Source of the DNA: an uncultured Planctomycetota bacterium | GTDB taxonomy: Bacteria > Planctomycetota > Phycisphaerae > Tepidisphaerales > Tepidisphaeraceae | DNA: 64,000 nt | Assembly (NCBI GenBank): GCA_963841915.1 | Contig: CAWJEN010000001.1 | Coordinates: 32,001-96,000, forward strand | Direction of reading: 5' to 3' | Shown: piece after piece, positions 32,015-40,385 of the stretch | How positions within the stretch are numbered: the stretch's first letter is position 1 | Layout of the letters: each line of letters starts with the position of its first letter | The notes under the pieces: generated by a model | Told to the model about the DNA's origin: nothing | The model's database searches: none | What the model saw: only the letters and a program-made list of their open reading frames with translations | Made by a program: the position numbers and the translations under genes

Positions 32015-33277
32015 TCAGGTCGTCGGCGGCTTCACGGACTTGCCTTCGCGGAGCGTGCAGGTGACCGACGTCACGCCAATCGGATGCTGACCGGCGTGGA
32101 CGTCGATCGCCAGCCGCGCCAGGCGTCGGCCCATCGCGTAAAGCGGCAGCTCGATGACGGTCGGCCGCACGCCGAGCCAATCGACGAGGTGCGGGTGTTG
32201 GTCGAACGTGATGATCGACAGATCCTCCGGCACCCGGTGGCCGGTGATGCGGATCGCCTCGCCCAGCACTTGCGCCATGATGTAGCTGGCGCACACAATC
32301 GCGGTCGGCTTGTGCTTCTCCAAGTACGCCGCCGTCCTCACGGCCTGCTCCTGGATGAACACCTTCGGTGAGTCGGGCGGCGTAATGATCGGCACGTCGG
32401 CGAAGTGGACCAGCTGCGAGTTCGTGTCCAGCTCCATGGCGGCCGTCGTCTCAATGAACGAGCGGCAACGATCGAGCGTCCATCTCGCCATCATGTCGAC
32501 GATGCCCAACCCGATCCGGCGATGGCCGGCCTCGACGAGGTGGCGGACGGCGAGTGCCATGCCCTGACGGTTGTCCTCGACCACGAGTGGCACGCCCGCG
32601 TCGATCAGGCGGGTGCCAGCGGCAACAACGGGAACGCCAAACCGCTGCATTGTCGCGGCGAAGGCCGGCATGTGCGTGTCGGGCGCGAGGCAAATCAGCA
32701 CGTCAGGCTTGCTCCCGCGGAGCCGGCGGAGCAGCACGTCCGGATCACGCTCGTCGTGCCGCTGGCCCACGAGCTCGACCTGCACCGTCGCCTCCTTCTC
32801 CTCGGCCGCCTCGGCGACGACCCCCTGCAGAACGCTCGGCGAGAACCAGTCGCCCTCGAGATCGCTCAGGTTGAAGATCAGCACGGCCACGCGGATGACG
32901 CCCTGGCTCGTCGCCTCGGTCGGCGTGGACGTCGGCGCACGCCGCATCGGCAAGTCGGGTGTGGCCGTCGCCGCCCGACGCGTCAGGAAGCTGCCGCGGC
33001 CCGCCTCGCGACGGACCCAACCGTCCGCCTGCAGCGCGCCGACCGCTCGCCGCACGGTCGAGCGGCTCAGGCCCGTGCCCTGCACGAGCTCGAGATCCGT
33101 CGGGAAGGACGAGCCGGCCTCGAGCTCCGACGACCGCAGGTAGGCCTCAATCTGATCTCGCAATGCCACCACGGCACCCCTGGCCGGGAAGGTTACTTCG
33201 GCGAGCCGGTCCACCAGGTCGGACGTCCGGTGCCTCGAATCGGCGGTCTCGGGCTTCTTGACGGATGGATCAGGCAT
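32015..33277 (-). CDS. GntR-HTH / LacI-type sensor regulator (AraR-like)
   Basis: FPTDLELVQGTGLSRSTVRRAV..L.ADGWVRREAGRGSF, plus EDNRQGMALAVRHLVEAGHRRIG and RVPEDLSIITFD. Confidence 0.92.
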   Translation of the reverse strand: MPDPSVKKPETADSRHRTSDLVDRLAEVTFPARGAVVALRDQIEAYLRSSELEAGSSFPTDLELVQGTGLSRSTVRRAVGALQADGWVRREAGRGSFLTRRAATATPDLPMRRAPTSTPTEATSQGVIRVAVLIFNLSDLEGDWFSPSVLQGVVAEAAEEKEATVQVELVGQRHDERDPDVLLRRLRGSKPDVLICLAPDTHMPAFAATMQRFGVPVVAAGTRLIDAGVPLVVEDNRQGMALAVRHLVEAGHRRIGLGIVDMMARWTLDRCRSFIETTAAMELDTNSQLVHFADVPIITPPDSPKVFIQEQAVRTAAYLEKHKPTAIVCASYIMAQVLGEAIRITGHRVPEDLSIITFDQHPHLVDWLGVRPTVIELPLYAMGRRLARLAIDVHAGQHPIGVTSVTCTLREGKSVKPPTT

Positions 33278-33378
33278 CGTGGTGCATCGTGAGGTCTTAG
33301 CAGTCACGCGTCAAATGATTCAGTAGCCTTTTCGAACCCTTTGCGGGCTACATTACAGCGTAGGGGCGGAAAAACATA

Positions 33379-33406
33379 TTGACGTTGAAGCGACTTGTGG
33401 TATCTT
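33379..33406 (+). promoter_or_regulatory. Putative sigma70 promoter (extended -10) for the PEP-CTERM/DUF1559 operon
   Basis: TTGACG-N16-TATCTT with TG at the extended -10 position, about 70 bp before ATG 33475. Confidence 0.5.
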
Positions 33407-33474
33407 CGGAAAACGGTTCAGAGTTGATTCAGGCGAAGCCGCCTGGCCTGAACCCATTTTCGGAGGAGTTTCCT

Positions 33475-34280
33475 ATGCGGTCCACTTTTGCCACCCTTGC
33501 TCTGACGACCGCGGCTGCGGCCGTCGTCGTCCCCGCTAGCCTCGCCTCAGCGGCTATGCTCGTCGAAGACTTCGACGGCGAGACCACCGCGAGCCAGTCA
33601 CTTTCGCTCGTCAGCTCCAACGCCAACGGCGCGTTCGCGATCGTCAACCAAGGCGTCGGCGACGACGCCTTGGAGCTGACCAATTCCGGCCCCGGCGTTG
33701 TTCGGCGCAAACCACGGACGCCACGCCTTTCAGCGCGTTCTCGGTGGCTGCCGACGTCACGCCGACGACGCTCAATTTCACGGCCTCGGTGCAGGGTGTG
33801 TTTGCCCTCGGCGGTGGCCTGCTCGACTACGACGGGGATGAGGCGGGATACAGCCTGAACCTGTACAACACCAGCTTCAACAGCAGCGACTTCGTTGTTC
33901 GGCTGCTAGATGATGATGCCGTCCTTGCAGAATCCGCAGTCTTCGACATCACCGCCAGCGGCGGCTCGGCAGGCACGTACACCCTGAGCCTCGTCGGCAG
34001 CGTGCTGGCGTCGGGCGATCTGGACCTAGTCGGCTCGCTGACCCCGGATCCGCTGAGCAACCCGAACGCGATCGCTCCGATCGTGCTGAGCTCGACCGTC
34101 GCCGCCGGCGACATTGAGTCGCGGAGCAGCCTCTACGGCGTGCGTCAGAGCACGTATGGTAACAACACAGCGCAAATCTCGTATGACAATGTCGCCGTCA
34201 ATGTCGTGCCCGTCCCGGAACCGACCGCCGTCGCAGGCGTCATGGGCCTTGCTGGCCTGATGCTGAAGCGCCGCCGCTGA
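33475..34280 (+). pseudogene. PEP-CTERM protein with a single frameshift
   Basis: RBS GGAGGAG and signal peptide MRSTFATLAL.. in one frame. The continuation SAQTTDATPF..VPVPEPTAVAGVMGLAGLMLKRRR is in another frame. Shift near 33700, could be a sequencing error. Confidence 0.8.
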
Positions 34281-34293
34281 ATCCTCCTTATCC

Positions 34294-34329
34294 AGTCGCC
34301 TTGTCCGGAAGCGGGCAAGGCGGCTTTCT
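34294..34329 (+). terminator. Intra-operon hairpin / weak terminator
   Basis: 14-bp stem AGTCGCCTTGTCCG-GAAG-CGGGCAAGGCGGCT (2 G-U pairs) followed by TTCT. Confidence 0.55.
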
Positions 34330-34382
34330 GGCCCGGCACCTCGCCGACGCCGACCCTTCGCGTTTCGCCTGAGGAGGCTGCC

Positions 34383-35252
34383 ATGTCTTACCGCACCCGC
34401 GCCCGTTCCGCCTTCACGCTGGTGGAACTACTCGTTGTCATTGGCATCATCGCGCTGTTGATCTCGATCTTGCTGCCGACGCTCAACTCGGCCCGTCGGT
34501 CGGCATCGAGCGTCGCCTGCCTTTCCAACCTGCGCCAGATCGGCGTGGCCATCACCGGCTACACCTTCGAGAACGGTGGACACTTCCCAATCGCCGAGGT
34601 TGGAGGTTGGTACACCGGGACCGGCAGCGGCACCGACTGGCCTATCTTGGTGAGCGACTATCTCGGCACGACGGAGGGTGCCGACTGGGCCACCGCCGGC
34701 GGCGAGAACACGACGGAAGCCTTCCTCTGTGCCAGTGGCGTCCGCATCGGCAACGATGGCAATTCGCGGACGCACTACAGCGTCCACCCAGGGATGATGC
34801 CGAACTTGTACTTTTCCAAGGACCCGATGGCCGACAACCCGCCGACTTCGGGATCGCCACAGTCGCTGAAGACGACGCAGGTCGGCAACGCCACCGAGAC
34901 GGCGATGGCTTGGGACGGGGTGCAGAATCTCGATGAATCAAGCCCGACGGCAGGATCGGCATCTTACGCGGGAACCGGCCTTGATTGGAAAGATTCGAGC
35001 GGCAACATTGTTGGCTACTACACGTGGTGGAAGAGCTGCCGGGAGTCCTACTGGATGAACAGCGAACCGGCCGCACTGGATAATCCGGTGCGAGCTTTTC
35101 TCGGAGACGCGCCTGGCCAAACCGAACCGTTCGGTAAGCCAAGGCTTCGCCACGGCGACGATGACAAAACGAACTACGTCTTCGTCGACGGCCACGCCGT
35201 GTCGCTGGCAGAATCCAACGCGAAGATGAAGCTGTTTCTTCTGAAAAAGTAG
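34383..35252 (+). CDS. DUF1559 prepilin-type N-methylation / H-Xn-DG protein
   Basis: [33 protein letters not shown] and HGDDDKTNYVFVDGH. RBS GAGGAGG. Confidence 0.93.
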   Translation: MSYRTRARSAFTLVELLVVIGIIALLISILLPTLNSARRSASSVACLSNLRQIGVAITGYTFENGGHFPIAEVGGWYTGTGSGTDWPILVSDYLGTTEGADWATAGGENTTEAFLCASGVRIGNDGNSRTHYSVHPGMMPNLYFSKDPMADNPPTSGSPQSLKTTQVGNATETAMAWDGVQNLDESSPTAGSASYAGTGLDWKDSSGNIVGYYTWWKSCRESYWMNSEPAALDNPVRAFLGDAPGQTEPFGKPRLRHGDDDKTNYVFVDGHAVSLAESNAKMKLFLLKK

Positions 35253-35316
35253 GTTCTTCACCTCAACCACAACAGGTTCTTCGTCCTATCCACGCCTTGA
35301 TCTGAGGAGGATCATC

Positions 35317-37593
35317 ATGATTCAGCCCCGCGAACCCGCGTGCCTGGAGCGGCTTGAGCCGCGCCAGCTTCTGACGACGCTCTCCGCATGGCAGCCGCTG
35401 GGGGAACCCGGCTCGGGCGGCCGCATCGATGCGATCACCGTCAGCCCCTACGATTCCAGCCGCGTCCTCGTCGGCGGCGACATGCTCGGTGCCGGCCGAA
35501 GCACCAACGGCGGCAACGCTTGGCAACCCACTATCGGCTTTGCCAGCTGGGAAATTTCCGACTTCACGTACCACCCGTCGGACCCGAACATCGTCTGGGC
35601 CGGCTCACTGAGCGGCCCGCACCGCTCGACGGACGGCGGCCAAACCTGGTCACTCAGGTCCAACGGCATGCCGACCGGCGGCTGGTACCCGTCGGCGGTC
35701 GAGAAGGTGCTGTTTGATGAGTCGGACCCGACGAGTCAGACGCTGCTCGCCTTCGGCGGCGATCACCGCGAGTTCAAGGACACGGCCGACGGCTACGGGA
35801 AGGTGTGGCGGAGCGAGGACGGCGGCAACAGCTGGTGGCAGATCAACGATCTGCAGGGCAACATCATGTCCGCCTCGTTCGGCGGGACCACGACGTGGGT
35901 CGTCTGGGCCGCGGTCAAGGACAAGGGCATCTTCCGCTCCGGCGACCACGCCTGGAACTTCACGGCCAAGAACACCGGCCTGCCGACGCTCGACGGCAAC
36001 GTCCGCGTGACCAGCCTCGCCGCCCACCCGACGAACGCCAACACCGCATATGTAACCATCGGCACGCGGCAGGGCTCGGGCGACCTCCGCGACATCGGCG
36101 GCGTGTTCCGCACCACCAACGCCGGCAGCAGCTGGCAGCAGGTGCTCGCCGGCGACACTTCCTCCTGGAACCCGGTCGACTTCCTCCACGTCGACGTCAG
36201 TGCCGACGGCAACACGATCTGGGCCACCGACAACAATTGGGGCAGCAGCAAAGGCCTGTGGAAAAGCACGGACGGCGGCAACAACTGGTCGCACGTCTTG
36301 AACCCGAATAACTACTTGAGCAAGCTGCAGGGCGGCACGCCGTTCAAGTCGAGCGACGTCATCGGCGGCTGGTGGGTCGAAGTCGATTCTCGCAACGCCA
36401 ACAACGTCTTCTTCGGCAGCTCCTCGGTCATCTGGAAGACGACCAACGGCGGCAACACCTGGAATGACGTGACCAGCACCCTCGTCGGCGGCGACCGCTA
36501 CAAGGGCACCGGCTTCACCGGCTGGGTCTCCAACAACATCGAGTACAATCCGTACAACAGCAGCAACCTGACCGCTCAGGCCTTCGACATGCTCACCGCC
36601 GGCATCAGCAAGGACGGCGGCTCGAGCTGGAAGCTCCAGCAGAACGGCCTGCCGCTCTACGGCGGCGGCAACGACATTGCCTGGGCCAGCGCATCGGTCG
36701 GCTACGCCGCCCTGGGGCAATCCCAAGGCAGCACCGGTCTTGTCCGCACCAACGACGGTGGCGACACGTGGACCGCGCTCAACCTGCCGAGCAACAACAA
36801 CTCGCCGGTCGAGAACGTCCACGTCAACGGCAGCAACAACACCCAGTGGATCACCACCAACGGCAAGCTGTACCGCAGCTACAACGGCCAAGGTGCGGGC
36901 AATCAGGTGACGTGGCAGCAGATCAATGTGGACGGCAAGACCGTGCGCGGTTTGGAAGCCGTCCCTTCACGCGGCAACCACTTCTTCGTGACGACCGATG
37001 CGGGCGTCTACTTCACGAACAACGGCGGCGGCGTCTTCTGGTCGACCGGCCCCGACGGGCCGTCGGGCAACGCGAGTCTGGCCGCTGACCCGACGGATGA
37101 GAACAAGCTCTGGGCCGCCAAGGACGGCAACGGCGGCGGGCTCTGGTTCTACGATCGTTACGCCTCCACGCCGTGGAAGAAGATGTCGTTGCCCGGCGGC
37201 GCAGACTACTGGTCCGGCGACGTCGCCATCGACCCGACCGACAACCAGCACATCGCCGTCATCACGAATCAGAACCCCTACACCCGCGTCAGCGAGGCGA
37301 CGGGAGTCTGGTTCAGCGAGAACGGCGGCACGACGTGGCGTAAGGAGAACCAGAACCTGCCGGTGCTCCGCGGCCAGGCCATCACGTTCTCGCCCGACGG
37401 CGGCAAGCTGCTGGTCGGCACGACCGGCCGCGGCTTCTTCAAAGCCACCGTCAGCGGCTCGCCAGAAACCATCGGCTCCGTCGGCTCCGTCGGCTCCGTC
37501 GACACGAGTCGGGCTTACGACCTTCGAGACTTCGGCAGCTTGTTCAGCGAGAAGCCGCTCCACAGCATCCTCAACGAAACTGAACTCTTATGA
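35317..37593 (+). CDS. Asp-box (BNR) beta-propeller protein, GH74/VPS10-like, with planctomycete LEPRxLL N-terminus
   Basis: LERLEPRQLLT, GGRIDAITVSP..GGDMLG and many S/T-x-D/N-GG-x-T/S-W repeats. Confidence 0.85.
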   Translation: MIQPREPACLERLEPRQLLTTLSAWQPLGEPGSGGRIDAITVSPYDSSRVLVGGDMLGAGRSTNGGNAWQPTIGFASWEISDFTYHPSDPNIVWAGSLSGPHRSTDGGQTWSLRSNGMPTGGWYPSAVEKVLFDESDPTSQTLLAFGGDHREFKDTADGYGKVWRSEDGGNSWWQINDLQGNIMSASFGGTTTWVVWAAVKDKGIFRSGDHAWNFTAKNTGLPTLDGNVRVTSLAAHPTNANTAYVTIGTRQGSGDLRDIGGVFRTTNAGSSWQQVLAGDTSSWNPVDFLHVDVSADGNTIWATDNNWGSSKGLWKSTDGGNNWSHVLNPNNYLSKLQGGTPFKSSDVIGGWWVEVDSRNANNVFFGSSSVIWKTTNGGNTWNDVTSTLVGGDRYKGTGFTGWVSNNIEYNPYNSSNLTAQAFDMLTAGISKDGGSSWKLQQNGLPLYGGGNDIAWASASVGYAALGQSQGSTGLVRTNDGGDTWTALNLPSNNNSPVENVHVNGSNNTQWITTNGKLYRSYNGQGAGNQVTWQQINVDGKTVRGLEAVPSRGNHFFVTTDAGVYFTNNGGGVFWSTGPDGPSGNASLAADPTDENKLWAAKDGNGGGLWFYDRYASTPWKKMSLPGGADYWSGDVAIDPTDNQHIAVITNQNPYTRVSEATGVWFSENGGTTWRKENQNLPVLRGQAITFSPDGGKLLVGTTGRGFFKATVSGSPETIGSVGSVGSVDTSRAYDLRDFGSLFSEKPLHSILNETELL
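37472..37501 (+). repeat. In-frame 9-bp tandem repeat (TCGGCTCCG)x3
   Basis: Seen directly. Encodes GSV GSV GSV in the C-terminal linker of 35317-37593. Confidence 0.85.
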
Positions 37594-40385
37594 CTTTTCG
37601 CCCGTTGCTGTTCCTCATCTCTCTTGTGATGACCGGCGCGTTGTTCGCACGCCCTGCGGCGGCCGCTGAGGCGCTGCACTGGAGAATTACCGCCGTGCCC
37701 GGCTCCGGCGGCCGGATGACCGACCTGCGGCAGAGCCCGCACGATGCCGACCACCTTGTCGTGCTCGGTGACATGCTCGGGGTCGGCGTCAGCCGTGACG
37801 GCGGCAAGTCGTGGCAGGCGGGCGGGTTTGGCATGCCCAGCTACGAGATGGGCGTCGCCACGTTCCACCCGACGGAGCCCGGCATCGTCTGGGCCGGCAG
37901 CATGAGCGGCCCGATGCTGAGCACCGACGGCGGCGTGACGTTCGAGCCGCGGCGGCAGGGCATGGGTGACATGCTCGGGTACAACTACTCGTCGCCGGTC
38001 GAGGCAGTCGTGTATGACCCCAAGATTCCCAACCGGCTGCTCACCTACGGCGGCAGCAGCCGGGGCTGGCGGGACGGTGACAACCCGTATCCGCTATTTG
38101 GCCGCGTCTGGCAAAGCGACGACGACGGCGAGTCGTGGAAGCTGCTCTCGACCCTCACGCCCGACGGCTCCGTGCCCCGCGACGCGACGGACGAGCACCA
38201 GCTCAACATCGTCGCGATGTCCTGGCTTGGCGACACGCTGCTCGCGGCCGTCCGCGGCGAGGGCGTCTACCGAAGCGAAGACGGCGGCAGCACGTGGAGC
38301 AGGAGCGACGCAACCCTGCCGCATGGCGAGGTGCAGCGGCTGGTCACGCACCCGTCTGATGGCCGCACCGCGTGGGTTGCCCTAAGCAGTAGCAAGGTTG
38401 ATGGTGAAGAACTGGCAACGCCGGGCGGCATTTGGAAATCAATCGACGGCGGCAAGACGTGGGCGAATTCGAGCAAAGGTCTGACGCAGGTCGCCGATGC
38501 CAACCCATTTGCGGCTAGTCGCTACAACGCGTTAATCGTTTCGCCGCACAATGGTGATGAGCTCGTCACTTGGGACGCCGGATGGCGCGTGGGCATGAGC
38601 TTTCGCAGCGAAGACGGCGGCGAGACGTGGGTGCCGACGCTCACGCGGGCCAACGTGCAGGGCGACAAAGTCGAGGTCGGCGAAGCACAACGCAAGGCGA
38701 TCGAGGGTCACGACGTTCAGCTCAAGCTCGAGACGCCCTTCGCGGAAGGCTTCGGCATCGAGCAGGCGTCATGGAGTCCGACCGAACCCGGCCGGCTTTA
38801 CGGCATGGGGCCGGCCTACTCCGTTGTCAGCGACGACGGAGGCAGGACGTTCCGCGACCTTATGAACACCTTCGTCGGTGAGACCGAGTACGGCGAGGCA
38901 TGGCGTGGCGACGGCTTCCAGGGTTGGGTGACCGACGAGACCGTTTTCGATCCGGCCACGCCGGGCAAGTACATCGTGCAGGCCATGGATGCCGGCCGGG
39001 TGTGGCTGACGAGCGACGGCGGTGATAGCTGGACGTACCACGGCTGCGACCCCGACCCTTGGAGTGCCGGCCGCACGGCGGTGTTCGGCGGCGACGGGAA
39101 GCACATCTACGCAGGCTTTGGCCAAGGCCGATTCATGGGCCTCGCCCGCAGCCTCGACGGCGGCAAGAACTGGGACGTTCAACACGGGGACGAGGCCGGC
39201 TTGCCTCAGAAAGGCAGCGGTGCCGAGCCGGTCAGCCTCGTTGTCGATCCGCGTGACGTGACGCGTGTCTTCGCCACGATCGGCGACACCTTGTACGAAA
39301 GCAGCGATGCGGGCATGACCTGGAGCGATCTCCTCGAGCGGCCGCGCCTGGGCAAGATGGTCAACGATCCGAGCAATGAGAAGCGGGTCATCATCGGCAC
39401 GAGCGACGGGCTCATCAGCGTGAACGTCGATGAACCGAAAGACATAGTTGCTCTCGGCGGACCCAATGGCAGCAGCATTGCGACGCTGCCCGACGGATCC
39501 ATCTTTGCAACCGAATGGCGTAGCTCGTCCCGCGGCGGCCTGTGGAAGCGAGATGCGTCGACGGGCGTCTGGAGTCGGCTGATCACCGATCGCTTCGTCG
39601 ACGCCGTCACAGTCGACGCCGCCCATCCGAATCGCATCGCGGTGACGACGGACGACCACCCGTTCCACGACGAGATGTTCGCCACCGGCCCGATGCTCTC
39701 GGATGACGGCGGCAAGACGTGGGCTCATGCGACGGACGGTCTTCCCGTTCTGCGCGGCGGCACTATCGCGTTCGACCCTCACGACCCGACGCAACTTCAC
39801 CTCGGCACCGGCGGCCGCGGATGGTTCGTCACGACTTGGCCGATGGATCACACGCTCGTCGGAGAGCCGGCCGGTGACGACATGACGCTCCAGCCGCCCT
39901 CGGCAGAAGGCGAACTGCGGCTCATCAACGGCAGCATGGAGCAGACCGGCCCCGACAACACCGTCGTCGCCTGGTCCGTCGGATGGCAGGGCAGCGGCGA
40001 AACCAAGGTAGAGCGGGACTTTGGCCGATCCTGGTCCGGTGCGCAGTCGCTCAAAGCAACGTCGGCCGACGACGCCGAAGCGACGGTCGTCCAGCGACTC
40101 TCCGGCGGTGCCGGCCAACTTCTGCGTGTCACCGGCGTCGTGAAGACGGAGGGAGATGTCAAGGTCAGCTTCGGCGTCAAGAGCATGCAAGGGTGGACCA
40201 AGCTCGACGGCCAGCAACTTCACTTCGCGCAAGGCGACACCGAATGGACCGAGTTCGCCGGCGAGGTGCGCGTTCCGGACGCGGCGACGCAGATCGAAGT
40301 CGGTTTCTTTATCGGCGGTGCTGGTACCGTTTGGCTCGATGATGTCACACTGGAAGAAGTGGAGCCGAATGCCGTTGCCGATTGA
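37590..40385 (+). CDS. Asp-box beta-propeller protein, GH74-like, with Sec signal and C-terminal CBM4/9-like domain
   Basis: PGSGGRM..GDMLG, repeated SxDGGxxW, LPVLRG and GTGGRGW shared with 35317. Tail LINGSME..GAGTVWLDDVTL. Confidence 0.85.
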   Translation: MTFRPLLFLISLVMTGALFARPAAAAEALHWRITAVPGSGGRMTDLRQSPHDADHLVVLGDMLGVGVSRDGGKSWQAGGFGMPSYEMGVATFHPTEPGIVWAGSMSGPMLSTDGGVTFEPRRQGMGDMLGYNYSSPVEAVVYDPKIPNRLLTYGGSSRGWRDGDNPYPLFGRVWQSDDDGESWKLLSTLTPDGSVPRDATDEHQLNIVAMSWLGDTLLAAVRGEGVYRSEDGGSTWSRSDATLPHGEVQRLVTHPSDGRTAWVALSSSKVDGEELATPGGIWKSIDGGKTWANSSKGLTQVADANPFAASRYNALIVSPHNGDELVTWDAGWRVGMSFRSEDGGETWVPTLTRANVQGDKVEVGEAQRKAIEGHDVQLKLETPFAEGFGIEQASWSPTEPGRLYGMGPAYSVVSDDGGRTFRDLMNTFVGETEYGEAWRGDGFQGWVTDETVFDPATPGKYIVQAMDAGRVWLTSDGGDSWTYHGCDPDPWSAGRTAVFGGDGKHIYAGFGQGRFMGLARSLDGGKNWDVQHGDEAGLPQKGSGAEPVSLVVDPRDVTRVFATIGDTLYESSDAGMTWSDLLERPRLGKMVNDPSNEKRVIIGTSDGLISVNVDEPKDIVALGGPNGSSIATLPDGSIFATEWRSSSRGGLWKRDASTGVWSRLITDRFVDAVTVDAAHPNRIAVTTDDHPFHDEMFATGPMLSDDGGKTWAHATDGLPVLRGGTIAFDPHDPTQLHLGTGGRGWFVTTWPMDHTLVGEPAGDDMTLQPPSAEGELRLINGSMEQTGPDNTVVAWSVGWQGSGETKVERDFGRSWSGAQSLKATSADDAEATVVQRLSGGAGQLLRVTGVVKTEGDVKVSFGVKSMQGWTKLDGQQLHFAQGDTEWTEFAGEVRVPDAATQIEVGFFIGGAGTVWLDDVTLEEVEPNAVAD

